Part shown: positions 1 through 11,511 of the stretch, in pieces | Layout of the letters: each line of letters opens with the position of its first letter | Numbering within the stretch: the first letter of the stretch is position 1 | Assembly: GCA_009859145.1 (NCBI GenBank) | Contig: VRVR01000047.1 | Location: forward strand, 181,093 to 245,092 | DNA: 64,000 nucleotides | Direction: 5' to 3' | DNA from: Andalucia godoyi And28 | Taxonomy: Eukaryota > Protista > Jakobida | Translations under genes and position numbers: made by a program | Notes under the pieces: model-generated | Seen by the model: only the letters and a program-made list of their open reading frames with translations | Databases searched by the model: none | Told to the model about the DNA's origin: nothing

Positions 1-2
1 CG

Positions 3-404
3 GTGTTGTGCATTGTTGCCATGGCAATTGAAGCGGTGCACGACGTGGAAGAGCTGATTAATGGATGGTATTTCATCATATATGCAGTTCATTTCATCCT
101 GCAAGCCGTCTGGATCTTCGACTGTGGTGCTCGAATCAGTTTGGTCTCATGGCAGATCCGAACGACGATTCTACGCGACATTGCAGCAAAGTTCGTCGTG
201 TTCCAGCCCGGCGAGTGCATCATCACCGTTTCCTCTTACATTGCGTACTTGCAGACTGCATATCGCGCATTCAATGTCCTTGGTGTCCCCATCACATACT
301 CTCTCGGCGCAAAAATCACGCAGGTTCTTGTCTTTTTCATCGGCCCACTCTTCATTGCTGCGTTCGTTCTTTACCGCTCTTCCAAAGGAGAAAACACCGC
401 TTAA
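3..404 (+). CDS. 3' part of a multi-pass membrane protein, probably gustatory receptor-like / 7TM ion channel (GRL/DUF3537-like); 5' end lies outside the window
   Basis: Hydrophobic helices; 'WIFDCGARIS' resembles the TM6 end and 'FNVLGVPITYSLGAKI' the TM7 motif of GRL/DUF3537 proteins, paralleling the ORFs at 5333 and 7280. Confidence 0.5.
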   Translation: MLCIVAMAIEAVHDVEELINGWYFIIYAVHFILQAVWIFDCGARISLVSWQIRTTILRDIAAKFVVFQPGECIITVSSYIAYLQTAYRAFNVLGVPITYSLGAKITQVLVFFIGPLFIAAFVLYRSSKGENTA

Positions 405-484
405 TGATGCCAGGATCCCATCAGTCGTACAGTCCAGCTTCGTTACAGTACTTTCGCCCTTTAGGTTTTACCGCTTTTTTTGCG

Positions 485-488
<4 letters not shown>

Positions 489-527
<39 letters not shown>
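489..527. repeat. (TA)n microsatellite
   Basis: Perfect TA run in an intergenic spacer. Confidence 0.97.
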
Positions 528-529
<2 letters not shown>

Positions 530-947
530 CGTCTTCTTTATTTTTTGACTAGTCTTTTTTGTGAAAACGTGTTTTATAAAACTATATATCGCTGTCCACG
601 GTATCATCACTTGGTTTCAAATGCTCCGAAAACGCCCTTTGGAGTCCTCCGATCGACCATCGAAGAAACCAAAGACACCGTCCTCACAACCCGTTCTCGA
701 TGATACGTTTCTGTCGTCGATTGGAAGAGACTCGTATTCTTCTTCTTCATTGTCGTTTTCGTATGGCTTCCCAGAATTCTTACTATTTTTTGTTTATTTA
801 AATTTCCAACAACAACAACAACAGAAGAAGAAAAAAAAAAAAAAAAACGAACACATAGTGTCATACAGTTGTGTGATGGTCGAGAATGTGGGTCTAATAT
901 TATGCAGAGGATCGAATGCGCTGGTTCGCTCGAGCTCGGCGAAGAGG

Positions 948-1911
948 ATGGGGACAGCAGTTTCTGAGCGAGAAGCACGATCGAACCGGCTTCCGAAGCG
1001 GAAGAAGGATAGGCTTCTGGAAGTTGACGTGTCGAAGGAAGAGACGCAGCGCGAGAAGAAACTTGCGAAGATCCAGGAGTTGAAAGACAAGGCGAGTCGC
1101 AGGGCCGATGTGCTGAAGATGCTCAAGGAGAATGCGGTCAATGTCGATCTGCTAGAAAAGATGAAGGAGGCTCATCGTCCACGAAATCACGACAAGGACC
1201 GAGAGTGGGACTTTGATGCCCTCGAGAAGGAAAAGGAGCAGGAGCAGGAGCAGGAGCAGGAATTGGAACAGGCAGCCGAAACACAAAGTAGGGAGTCGGC
1301 AGAACAAGGAGACAGACGACGAGAGCATGCAGTCTTGTCCCGAGCGCAGCGGAAGAAGCTTCGCAAACGCCAGCGGGTAGCGGAAGATGAGAACGGATCA
1401 GACAGCGATCGCAGTGTAGATTCCGAGGATGTCGACGCGCAGAATCGGAAGAGTAGGGGCGCTGAGCATGGCCGTCAGAAAGGGGTAGAATTAGAGTTCC
1501 AGCAGCAGGAGGAGGAGGAGGAGGAGATTATCCCATCGCAGGAATTGATTGGCAAGCTTGAAAAACTCAAACTGCAGTTCAAAGAGTGCGAATCAATGTT
1601 CTTCTGGACGGGATCGCTGACCGAGCGTCTGATGTCGTTTGTCAAGGGATTCATCACGGAGCTCGAAAAGAAGGACCTGCACTCCGAAGCCTCTTGGAAT
1701 CGAACTGTGTCAAGTATCAGGACGTTGATGGAGGAGGAAGCAAAGCGGTCGTGGTGGAATCCAAGATGCAAGAAAACTGTTCAGGGTTTTGTTGCGGCAC
1801 TCTCCACCGAGCAACCGCAGCCATTGGCAACTTCTTCCACACCGTCTTCTTCTGTGGAAACAGCCAAGGTGGATGCTGAACGAAATCTGTCGGCAGCAGA
1901 TGATAAGGACA

Positions 1912-1945
<34 letters not shown>

Positions 1946-4900
1946 GGATGAAGACAAGTCGCATGATTCTGCAGATGAGCCGTTTGAAGAGTACTTCCCT
2001 CCAATCAAGATTCCGTTGCCCGACATGGACAAGCCAGTGGAAGATGGCCCAAAACTGACTCTGCGAGACATTGTGCGAATTCATAGGTCTGCCGAGGTCG
2101 AGTTGCATCGTTCCTCTCTGCCTGCTTTAAGCGCGGAAGCCGATGTTCTTGAAGCAGTGGCAAACAACCCAATCATCCTTGTCTCTGGTTCCACGGGTTC
2201 CGGGAAGACCACGCAGATTCCTCAGATGCTGTATGAGCAAGGATACCAGCGATTTGGAAAGATTGGGGTCACTCAGCCCCGCCGAGTTGCAGCGACCTCG
2301 ATTGCGAGGCGTGTTGCTTTTGAAATGAATTTCGATCTTGGAAAAGAAGTCGGCTATGTTGTGCGTCATGATTCGAAAGCCTCTGACCAAGTCAGCATTC
2401 TGTTCATGACCGACGGAATCCTGCTTCGACAATTGCAGAAGGACCCGCTGTTGATGGAGTACTCGGTGATCATGATTGATGAAGCTCATGAACGGTCGGT
2501 TACGTCGGACATCCTGATTGGAGTCTTGTCGCGGATCGTCCATGTTCGTTGGACAATGCCCGAAAACAGGAAATTGCGCGTTATTCTCATGTCCGCTACA
2601 CTTCGCGTTGAGGAATTCCGAGACTCGTTGAAGCAACATTTGCCTCTTGTGGCCATTGAGAATCGCCAGTTCCCTGTCGAGGTCCATTTTGCCCGAGAAA
2701 CTCCAGATGATTACGTTCAGGCCGCGTTTGATCGAGTGCTGAGAATCCACGCAACGACCAAGCTAGAGGGTGGCGTATTGGTATTCATGACGGGTAGAGA
2801 GGAAGTCGAGCGGTTGTGTAAGATGTTGCATGACTGGGAATCCAATCGGGACGAAAAATTGAGGCAACTTGCACTGCGAAGAGCAAGAGAAAAGGAAGCT
2901 GAAGAAGCCGAGGAAGAGAAGAAGAATGGAGATGTGATTATCTTGCAGCCAGAAAGGTTTACGGAAGCAGACGCGACGGTGGAGCGGAACGAGTTCATGG
3001 CCGCACTCGACGTCTTGTTGCAGCGTAAGCAGTCCGAGGAATCGTTACTGCCACCCATGTCGTCGCACAATGACGCTAAAGGAGTGGGAAAGAAGACGAC
3101 GAAGAACAACAAAAGCAGCAACAGCAGCAGCAAGAGAGGCACAAAGGTCGAGACCGCATCTTCTTCTGCAGAGGAAGAAGAGGAGGAGAAGACATTTCTC
3201 CATATTCTGCCCTTGTTTGCGCTCATGGACATGGACAGGCAGAACCAAGTATTTGAACCAGCGCCATCTCCAAAACATCGACTGGTAGTGGTGGCGACGA
3301 ATGTTGCAGAGTCATCGCTCACAATTCCTGGAATTCGTTTCGTTGTTGATTCGGGACGACACAAGACGCGCGAGTACTCTGCAGCCACTGGAGTTGGATA
3401 CATGCGAAACACATGGATTGCACGCTCGAATTCCGATCAACGTGCAGGGCGTGCAGGGCGTGTGGGTCCTGGAGTTTGCTGGAGATTGTTTTCTTCTGCA
3501 GTGTTCGCAAACCACATGCCGCAGTGGGACGTCCCAGAACTTGCGAAGGCGCCGCTTGAGGGCGTGGTGTTACAGATTCTCTCCCTCGGAGTGCCATCTG
3601 TTCGGAAGTTCCCGTTCCTAACTGCGCCTGCCCCGTCCACTCTGGACCGAGCAATCGAGCTTCTGACCGTGCTGGGAGCGATTGTGGACGATACAGAAAC
3701 ACTGTCGCCGCTTGGACACTCGATCGCAAAACTTCCTGTACATCCTCGATATGGAAAGTTGCTTTTGCTCTCCAAAGCAAACGGGTTGCTGGAGTACGCG
3801 ATATCCCTTGTGGCTGCTCTGTCGGTTCGCGAAATCATTCCTTCGTTTGCAACTCTCACGGAAGAGCAAAAGCAAAAGATACTGCATCTTTCTCATCCAA
3901 AGTCGGATTTCATCACGTTTCTACGCATCATGGGCGCCGCGGAGTTCTCTCTAGACAAGGCAAGCTTTTGCAACATGTTTGGTGTTCTGCCAAAGCCGCT
4001 CAGCGAAGCCTTGAATTTGAAGCGACAGTTGCACATGATGTTTTTCAAGAAGGTTCCCGAGAAGAAGTTGCCTCCGCCGTCGCAAGAGGACCAGGATAAA
4101 TTGTTGACGTTGATTGCTTCTTGCTACCTTGATCGCGTCGCTCGTCGAGCCACATTGGAAGAGCTGAATGTGAAGAATCTGAAGCGGGAGTGGTTTTACT
4201 TCGCGATGGGATCGGACAAGCCGGTTCGGATCTACCGGGATTCAGGAGTCTCGCGACACGTAACAACGTCGTCTACTGTCCGTGAAGAAGACTGGCCGGA
4301 GCTGTTGATCTTTGACAGCATGGAGGACAAGGAGGTTCGACGTGGGTTTTCCCAAAATGAGTCTGCTGCAGTCGCGCCACAAGAGGGCAAAAAGACGATT
4401 TTGGACAAGAAGGATAAGCTCGACGTTGAGAATGACCATGATGATTACGCCGAGATGGACTCAGATGCGGAAAAGGAAACCAAGGGCCCCTCCGAGCTTG
4501 TTGAGAAGCATCGGTATATCCGAATGGTGTCGTGCATCACTCCCGATGTTCTCCTTCAGGTCGATTCCTCTGAGCGGTTCGTCAAACGTTCGAAGCCGCT
4601 TGAGACTCCGTGTCCATTCTACGATCCGGAAGAGGACAGAATCATGGCTCATTATCGCGTTTCGTACAATCGAGACGAGTTTGACTTGGGAATCTTTACT
4701 CTTGCAATGCCCTTCTCACTTGAAAGCATTCGCTGGATTGCACGCGGCTTTTTGGAGGGTTGTTTGTTTGAGGGGTTTCCGCGAAACGACCTGGACAAGA
4801 GAAAGACTTTCTTGTCAACGTCGCCGTCGCTTGCTACTCGTGGAAGTGTTCCGCATCCAAAGGCTGCGTTGTTGATCCAAGCCATCGGGCGCCGCAAGTT

Positions 4901-5261
4901 GACGAGTGCGAGATCGTTCATCGAAATGTGGCAGAAGGAACCGATGGCTCTCTGGAACGAGTATTCCGAATGGCTTGTCCCCGAACATAGAGTGTCTCCA
5001 AGTATGTCTGGATTCGCTTGGCCTCCAGTAGATGTCTCGCTCGACTTGGATGCATCTTTCAAGAGACGGTCCAAGACTCTGAAGAAGTCGCGTAAAGCGA
5101 AAGCGAAAACGTCGGCTTCGGCGTCGGAGGCGGGTGATGTCGAAGCTCGCGCGCGCCGTGTGTCACAGAGCCAGCGCCTTTTGGAGTTGGAGTTGACAGA
5201 CACAGTGGAGTGGCGGTTTCTTGGTGACGACGATGATTCGGAAGGCGACGCGTCCGACTGA
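948..5261 (+). CDS. DHX37: DEAH-box RNA helicase DHX37/Dhr1 (SSU processome)
   Basis: GSTGSGKTTQIPQ, TQPRRVAA, MTDGILL, DEAHERS, SATL, ATNVAESSLTIPG, QRAGRAGRVGPGVCWRLFSSAVF (Dhr1-type). ATG at 948 (MGTAVSEREARS) resembles the Dhr1 N-terminus. The ORF is open from 561 but runs through a poly-A/AT-rich stretch. Confidence 0.92.
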
Positions 5262-5332
5262 TTGCAGAGTTGACGGGGGACGGACCACGAGGTGGGTGGG
5301 GAGGAGCGGGGGGGACGACGGGACACGTTCGT

Positions 5333-6910
5333 CTAGTTACTGAGAAGCGTTCGTTCGAATAAGAACGAGAATATGGCCGTTGACATTCCGATCAGCTTGA
5401 GCATTGCGCGATACGTAACATCCATGCCCATGATCGATACCGGCTGACACTCATTTCGCAGTGTCGCAAAAAACGTGGAGAGCAACATCAAATCTGCAGA
5501 GCGCCTGGATGTGCCGTCCGAGTCTGAGGCTAAGACCGAGGCTGAGACCGATTTCGATGCTTGCAGCTGGCGCAGAGGGGTGTCGCCCATTTGGGACCGA
5601 CGTCTGGTCAGCTCGGACCATTCGATAACGGCCCTATGAAATTGCTTCTTGGGAACTTTGGAGGCCGACTTGCCGGTGTTCGCAACGCTGCTGATGGGCA
5701 CATAGAGTTCCAGCTGCAATTCGTCGACAACATGCCCCACTGTGATGTGGGACACAAGCCGTGCAAACCTTTTAGTTTGCTGCGAAGCTTCTGCAGCAGG
5801 TGAAACGCAGAGCAGCAACAAGACAAACATGGCCAATGCCATGCACGTCAGAAAGAGAGATCCCACTGACGATTCAAATAAAGAAGCTATTGCGCCGACC
5901 AAGAAGAAAAAGAACAAGAAGACAAGAGGAAACACAAAAGCCGTGAGCGATGCTGAGATTCCAAGGGCGAGAGCTTGCTGCTTGGCGAACAGATCCAGGA
6001 TTTGGGAAAGCGAGATTCTCGATGTCTGGCGCTCCGTCGAAACTGCGGAAGGATAAACTCCAGCACCATCCTGGTCCTCATCCACTCTCTCATTCGAACT
6101 GGCACGCGAGCGCACGGCCCAATAAAACAGCTCCTCAGTGACGTTCAACTGGAGCAGAACCATGATTTTGCACAGGTAGGCCACCGGAATCACTCCTATG
6201 AAGATCGAGACATACGGAATCGAGTAGAAGCATCCGTCTGACCACAGTTGCAACGAGCTTGCAGACTCTCCATATGTAATGAAATTGATGTACGCGTTCA
6301 ACCATGCTGCCGCCACACCAACACCTACCGCCACAAGCGATCTTCGAAGCACTGAACTGTGAAGCTGCTGCATTCGGCTCTTGTTGACGGAGGGAAACGT
6401 CGTGTGGATAATTGGGCCGACTCGCTCGTAGCACGACCATTGGTACATGACCAAGGCAACGAAAACCGAGAGCAAAATGAGCTCGACCAAGCTTCCGTAC
6501 ACTGCATACCCAGACTCGGACAACAAGTCCACAATCTTGACGGCTTCCACCATCCCAAACGAACACACAATCAACGAACGGATGCACAGTCGAAGCCAAC
6601 GAGGACACTCCGGCAACAGCGAGCACGCAAATCCGGTCAGCACAAGACTGTACAATGGAATTACGGGAAGGTCCACAATATCGTTCTCCAATTGCAGCTG
6701 CAGTCCGTCTGCTGCACTTCGCGCAGCATCCACCCCGCCTTGATCATTCTGTGCATGCTCGAACCGAAATGGCGGTTTCTCGATATGCGGGCCGCTCCCC
6801 CGTTGTCTTCTACCAGCATGCTTTCTGCGGCAAATACGAAATGCGAGGAAGGCAAGCATCCACAGCCCCACAAGCACCAGCTGCACGATCGGAATCACCA
6901 TGCTCAACAT
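5333..6910 (-). CDS. Gustatory receptor-like 7TM ion channel (GRL/7TMIC) family protein, paralog 1
   Basis: About 8 hydrophobic segments; 'LLLCVSPAAEASQQ' (TM6) and C-terminal 'VSIMGMDVTYRAMLKLIGMSTAIFSFLFE' (TM7); clear paralog of 7280-8932. Confidence 0.7.
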   Translation of the reverse strand: MLSMVIPIVQLVLVGLWMLAFLAFRICRRKHAGRRQRGSGPHIEKPPFRFEHAQNDQGGVDAARSAADGLQLQLENDIVDLPVIPLYSLVLTGFACSLLPECPRWLRLCIRSLIVCSFGMVEAVKIVDLLSESGYAVYGSLVELILLSVFVALVMYQWSCYERVGPIIHTTFPSVNKSRMQQLHSSVLRRSLVAVGVGVAAAWLNAYINFITYGESASSLQLWSDGCFYSIPYVSIFIGVIPVAYLCKIMVLLQLNVTEELFYWAVRSRASSNERVDEDQDGAGVYPSAVSTERQTSRISLSQILDLFAKQQALALGISASLTAFVFPLVFLFFFFLVGAIASLFESSVGSLFLTCMALAMFVLLLLCVSPAAEASQQTKRFARLVSHITVGHVVDELQLELYVPISSVANTGKSASKVPKKQFHRAVIEWSELTRRRSQMGDTPLRQLQASKSVSASVLASDSDGTSRRSADLMLLSTFFATLRNECQPVSIMGMDVTYRAMLKLIGMSTAIFSFLFERTLLSN

Positions 6911-7021
6911 CCCGGATCATACAGTGCTTCTGCTTGCCTCATCGACGAAGAACTGGGAAAGAACAGGAGAAAAAAAGAAGAATAATAAATGAATTTATAA
7001 ATAAATAAATTAATAAACACG

Positions 7022-7023
<2 letters not shown>

Positions 7024-7087
<64 letters not shown>
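7024..7087. repeat. Compound (CA)n(GA)n microsatellite
   Basis: Direct reading; lies between the two GRL paralogs. Confidence 0.97.
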
Positions 7088-7279
7088 CAAAGTGCGAGGG
7101 AACGGTTCAGACGACTCGGTTCGGAACGAGAATCGGGACGTTTCCCGCTCGCTTCCCGACAGCCTTTTGTTTCCTTTAAAAAATAAAGCTGTACGACGGA
7201 GGGGCTGCGTACGTGCGGTGCACAGAGGACATCACCGGTTACCGTAGGTGTGTCGTGCGGCTGGGATGCCGAGGAATGG

Positions 7280-8932
7280 CTAGACAAGAAGAAGGAGCCC
7301 GGCTTGGATGAGAAAGGAGAAAACCGCAAAGGCGGTTCCGGAGAGCTGGATGATGGACCTATGCGTGACGTCGAACCCGAGAATTTCGAGTGCCATTTGC
7401 TCTTCTCGAAGCGCCTCGAAAAAGATGCGCAGCTGATGCTCCTCCTCTGGGGTGCTGCAACTGCGCCTTTGCTCATTGCCGGTCCCCACTGCTGACGATG
7501 GTGAGGAGGAGGACGGTTGTTTTCGCGAGTGCTCAAAGAGAAAGAGAGTTTGTCGGACTTCGCTCCACTTGTGTACAATCTCATCAAACTGCGCAGGGAC
7601 ATCACCCTCTTGGGTTGCGCAGTGCTGGCGTTGATGCTTCTTTTGCGACGACGGATTTCGGACGGACGGAATATACATTTGCAACTGGGATTCCTCGTGA
7701 ATCTGGTTCAGCAGGACATGCGAAACAAGTCTTGCGAACCTTTTCATCTGCGTCGAAGCCTCGGCTGCGGGAAGAATGCAATAGAGGAAAGTTATAAACA
7801 CACACATTGCCAACACCACAATCAGCAGCGTCGACGGCGATTTCTCAAACACTGCAAACAGACTGAGTAGAATCAGAAAAATGACGAAAAATGCAAGAGG
7901 GAACACAAAGACGTTGAAGAAGCGAGACAAGTCATGGAGAAGCGACTGTTGTCGTTCGAACAGCGCGATTATATCACTCAGGGACGTCGGCATTCCCTCC
8001 TTCTTCTTCTCCAGCAACATAATCCTGTTGCTAACACCATCAGCACCACGAGCACCACGAGCACCACCATTGGACGCAGCTTTCGCGAAGGAGCGGGAAT
8101 TGTGTAGAGCCCAAAAGAAAAGTTCCTCGGTGATGTTGATCTGGAGCAGAAAGACGATTTTGCAGAGGTATGCGACGGGGATCATTGCGACAAAGATGAA
8201 TGTATAGGGAATGGGATAGAACAGCAACGAAGAGACAAAGACCAGCGTTGCGCGCCCATCATTCTCACGAAACGACAGATGCTGGTTTGAAAAAGAATTG
8301 ATGACTGCACCGAGTAAGCCGAGACCGAGGGCAAGAGCCGAGCGGATGGTCACTGCTGCGTGCAGTTCCCCGATCTTCGTGGTGTGGACGGATGGGAACA
8401 GCGTGTGGATCAGCGGCCCAACTTGTTCATAGCAGATCCATTGGTAGAAAAACATCAGCGAAAAGCCCAGCAGCACAATCGACTGCGCAACCAACGACGC
8501 AGACTGCACTGTCGACTCCGAGATTGCAACCAGCATGTTATTCACAAAAATGAGAAGAACCGTGCACACAATCATGCACCTCGTTCCATACCGCACGGTC
8601 ACGGTGCACTCGGGAAGAATCGAGCACATAAACCCGTTCAGCAGAAGCGCATACTGCGGAAGAACAGGCAGATCCACAATCAGCGACTGCAGCTCCGTCT
8701 CCAGCACCGACGAATCTGCTGCTGCCGTAGTCAAAGCCCTGCTCTCCGAGTCGAGCAGCGGCGACGCCATCAGCAGCTCGCGGCTCTGCAAAGACCACTG
8801 CGAGATCGTCTGCCGACGAGCTACGCGCCGGCTGTACACTACAGTCACCAAGCACATCAGCCATAGTCCCACAATCACAAGCTGCGCAATCGACGTCCCT
8901 ACTGACAACGCCGACTGGTCCAACTGCACCAT
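7280..8932 (-). CDS. Gustatory receptor-like 7TM ion channel (GRL/7TMIC) family protein, paralog 2
   Basis: 'FLYCILPAAEASTQ' (TM6) and 'LEILGFDVTHRSIIQLSGTAFAVFSFLIQ' (TM7a/b with terminal L-x-Q); shares QLVxVGLW, IVDLPVxPxYxLxLxGFxCSxLPEC and IPVAYLCKI with paralog 1. Confidence 0.72.
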   Translation of the reverse strand: MVQLDQSALSVGTSIAQLVIVGLWLMCLVTVVYSRRVARRQTISQWSLQSRELLMASPLLDSESRALTTAAADSSVLETELQSLIVDLPVLPQYALLLNGFMCSILPECTVTVRYGTRCMIVCTVLLIFVNNMLVAISESTVQSASLVAQSIVLLGFSLMFFYQWICYEQVGPLIHTLFPSVHTTKIGELHAAVTIRSALALGLGLLGAVINSFSNQHLSFRENDGRATLVFVSSLLFYPIPYTFIFVAMIPVAYLCKIVFLLQINITEELFFWALHNSRSFAKAASNGGARGARGADGVSNRIMLLEKKKEGMPTSLSDIIALFERQQSLLHDLSRFFNVFVFPLAFFVIFLILLSLFAVFEKSPSTLLIVVLAMCVFITFLYCILPAAEASTQMKRFARLVSHVLLNQIHEESQLQMYIPSVRNPSSQKKHQRQHCATQEGDVPAQFDEIVHKWSEVRQTLFLFEHSRKQPSSSSPSSAVGTGNEQRRSCSTPEEEHQLRIFFEALREEQMALEILGFDVTHRSIIQLSGTAFAVFSFLIQAGLLLLV

Positions 8933-9006
8933 ACAAACCGCACTCGTCCCCTTCTTTGTTCTTTCTTTCCTACGTCGCCCAAGCGGTCCGCTAAATGCTC
9001 AGCCAG

Positions 9007-9008
<2 letters not shown>

Positions 9009-9038
<30 letters not shown>
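9009..9038. repeat. (CA)n microsatellite
   Basis: Direct reading; just upstream of GRL paralog 2. Confidence 0.95.
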
Positions 9039-9040
<2 letters not shown>

Positions 9041-9453
9041 TACAGCATCAACAAAGGACAGCAAAACCCAAATTAAAAAAACCGCGCGCAGTTGTCAAAT
9101 AGTAACCGCGTAGATAACATGATGAATCAATCCCGCAGCTTGTAGTACAGCAGGCAATGGGGTTTCTGCTAGGAGGGCGTGGCGCAGGTGCGTGGAGAAC
9201 GGAGGGAGAGAGGGTGGTTTCCTAGGTCGATCAGCTCGTACGGCGAGTCAGCGATTCAGAGTCGTGCAATCACCCGGAAGAATGACAAAGAATCAAGAGG
9301 GGGAAGAGAGGGTGCTTCATTCCCTCTTACGTCATCCCAAAGCCATTTGGTTTCCCTTTACAATAACATTGATGTTACAAGAAAAACAGCAATGAAAGAC
9401 AAACAAAGGATTAGAAAGATAGTACGACGAAGGAACAGGAAAGGAGTTACGCG

Positions 9454-11286
9454 ATGAAGTCGATGCAGGATGTGCTGCAACATCCAGTGTATCTGAGCTT
9501 GATCTTTTCGGGGCTTCACTACCGAGAATTGGCGTCGATCGCGCTGGTGTGCTCGAGCTGGAATTCCGCCGCGCGCACGGCGGTTCTTCGCGGGATTGCG
9601 CGGCGATGGGACTCAGTTTCATCGCGAGGGGACGAAGAATCGTCAAACTACAGCCATGCCTGTACCGGGTCCTATGCTGCTATCCGCGTCTGCGAGTTTG
9701 GGAGTGGGTATGACGACGAGCATGCGTACGAGTTGTGTGCATACGCAAGCGGCACCCATGCGTCTGGTCAGAGGCTCCCGCCGAGCATTCGGTCGCTGCT
9801 GCGCTCGTATACCTTGTTTGTCGGGGCTTCGAATGCACAGGGATCCGCCTCCACCGATTGCCGCGACGCTGATCATCCTGCTGCGCTGATGGAGGGTCTT
9901 ACCGCTCTGACGCGCTTACAGGTGCACGTCGTAGGAGCCGATGCGTCACAAGCCCGAATGCCTCCACTGTTCAACGTCTGTGCTGCGCTTTCCTGCAGCT
10001 GCCTGCGTGGGCTGAGGTCGCTCTGTGTTGCTCTGTCTGAGGACTGCTCGCCGGACTTGCGGTTATCGGACGCCATCCCTGCGCTGACCACGGTGCGACA
10101 GACGTGCTCGCAGCTCTCGAGCCTGACGCTTGCAGCACCTCAGTTGTCGCGACAGGATATTCTGCACATAGCAAGTGCTCCGCAATCGTTTCTGCTTTTG
10201 TCGTGCTTTCGCTTATCGTCCTCGAACACGTATTCTCTAGACAGCGACGACCCTGCTGACCATGCGGCGGTCTTGCAACTCGCGCGAATGATTTCTCGAA
10301 ACACCGGGTTCCAAAAGATTGCGTTTCACCAAATCGCGTTCACGAGAGATGCGATCCAGCTGCTTGCAGAATCGCATTTGCCGTTCCTTCGCTCGTTCGG
10401 GCTTACGGCAATGCACTGGAATGTGCAAAAGGCACAGGCGCTCGCTTGTTCGCGCTGGAGAACCATTGAGGAGCTGCACTTGACGGACGCTGCAGGGCTA
10501 TATGAAGACGGCCTGTCTGTCCTGTTTTCGTGCACAATGATCCGCCGTTTGCGAGTTCTTACGCTCTCCACGCGATTTTGGAACGTGGATCCGATGCTGT
10601 CTGCCGAATACGGACTTCCGACGGTGGACCACGCCAACGTGCACAGCTTGTATGCCCCGATGATGTCGTTTGGCGCACTCTCCGCGATCGATCTCTCTGG
10701 AAATGACTGGTTCTGCAGCACGGTCGAAGCGGTATCCGCTTCCACTCGGCTGTTCTCTACCCACGGCTTCGCCTCGAGAATCTCCAAACTCGGTATTGCG
10801 AATGTCGGCTTTTCTGCGCAGACCCTGGAGATTTTCCTGACCAACTGCTCATGGGACAACGTGCAACATCTCGATGTCTCTGAAAACGACAAGATGGGAG
10901 ACAGTGTGCTCGATATCCTTTCGTCCTGTCCGTTCCGCAAACACCTCGCTTCTCTGGAAATGCGTGGTTGCGGCGTTTCTTCCGCTGCCTTCCAGGCGTT
11001 CGTTGGCGTGAACAACCTTCCAAATCTGCGTATGCTCGACATTTCTGCGAATGACCTTGACTGCACAGGGTGCGCCGCACTTGCCCGCCACTCTCGCAAT
11101 TTCCCAAATTTGGCGTCACTGATAATGGCGTGCAGCTCCATCGGGGAGGCTGGTGCCTGGTGCTTGTGCGGTCTCAAGCAGTTGTCGTATTTGGACGTTT
11201 CCAGCAATGGTGTTCCGGCAAGCTTCCGAGACGCAGTGATGTCTTCGCCGACGATGCTGCCTCTCCTAGAAGTTGCCCTGATTTAA
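9454..11286 (+). CDS. F-box / leucine-rich repeat (RNI-like) protein
   Basis: N-terminal 'LSLIFSGLHYRELASIALVCSSWNSAA' F-box pattern; C-terminal LRRs (LSAIDLSGN, VQHLDVSEN, LRMLDISANDL, LSYLDVSSNGV). Confidence 0.85.
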   Translation: MKSMQDVLQHPVYLSLIFSGLHYRELASIALVCSSWNSAARTAVLRGIARRWDSVSSRGDEESSNYSHACTGSYAAIRVCEFGSGYDDEHAYELCAYASGTHASGQRLPPSIRSLLRSYTLFVGASNAQGSASTDCRDADHPAALMEGLTALTRLQVHVVGADASQARMPPLFNVCAALSCSCLRGLRSLCVALSEDCSPDLRLSDAIPALTTVRQTCSQLSSLTLAAPQLSRQDILHIASAPQSFLLLSCFRLSSSNTYSLDSDDPADHAAVLQLARMISRNTGFQKIAFHQIAFTRDAIQLLAESHLPFLRSFGLTAMHWNVQKAQALACSRWRTIEELHLTDAAGLYEDGLSVLFSCTMIRRLRVLTLSTRFWNVDPMLSAEYGLPTVDHANVHSLYAPMMSFGALSAIDLSGNDWFCSTVEAVSASTRLFSTHGFASRISKLGIANVGFSAQTLEIFLTNCSWDNVQHLDVSENDKMGDSVLDILSSCPFRKHLASLEMRGCGVSSAAFQAFVGVNNLPNLRMLDISANDLDCTGCAALARHSRNFPNLASLIMACSSIGEAGAWCLCGLKQLSYLDVSSNGVPASFRDAVMSSPTMLPLLEVALI

Positions 11287-11511
11287 TGAAGACAAGATTC
11301 GCTTTCATTGATGTATGGAAGGAGGCGTGCATGCGCAAAAAGAAAGAAAAAGAAAAGCAAAGAAAAGAAAAGAAAAAACAAAAACCAATCAATGCGTAAA
11401 TTATTGAAGGATACAATACAGAAATAATAATAAAATAAATAAATACAGTGAAACCCAAAAAAACAAGACAAAAAACACATTAAAGAGACAGTAGTAACAA
11501 TAGGGAGGCAA

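Noticed and set aside
561-947. 129-codon in-frame N-terminal extension of DHX37
   Set aside because: It runs through poly-A/AT-rich sequence and the Dhr1-like N-terminus begins at 948; a 3n intron (761-868) is possible but unsupported
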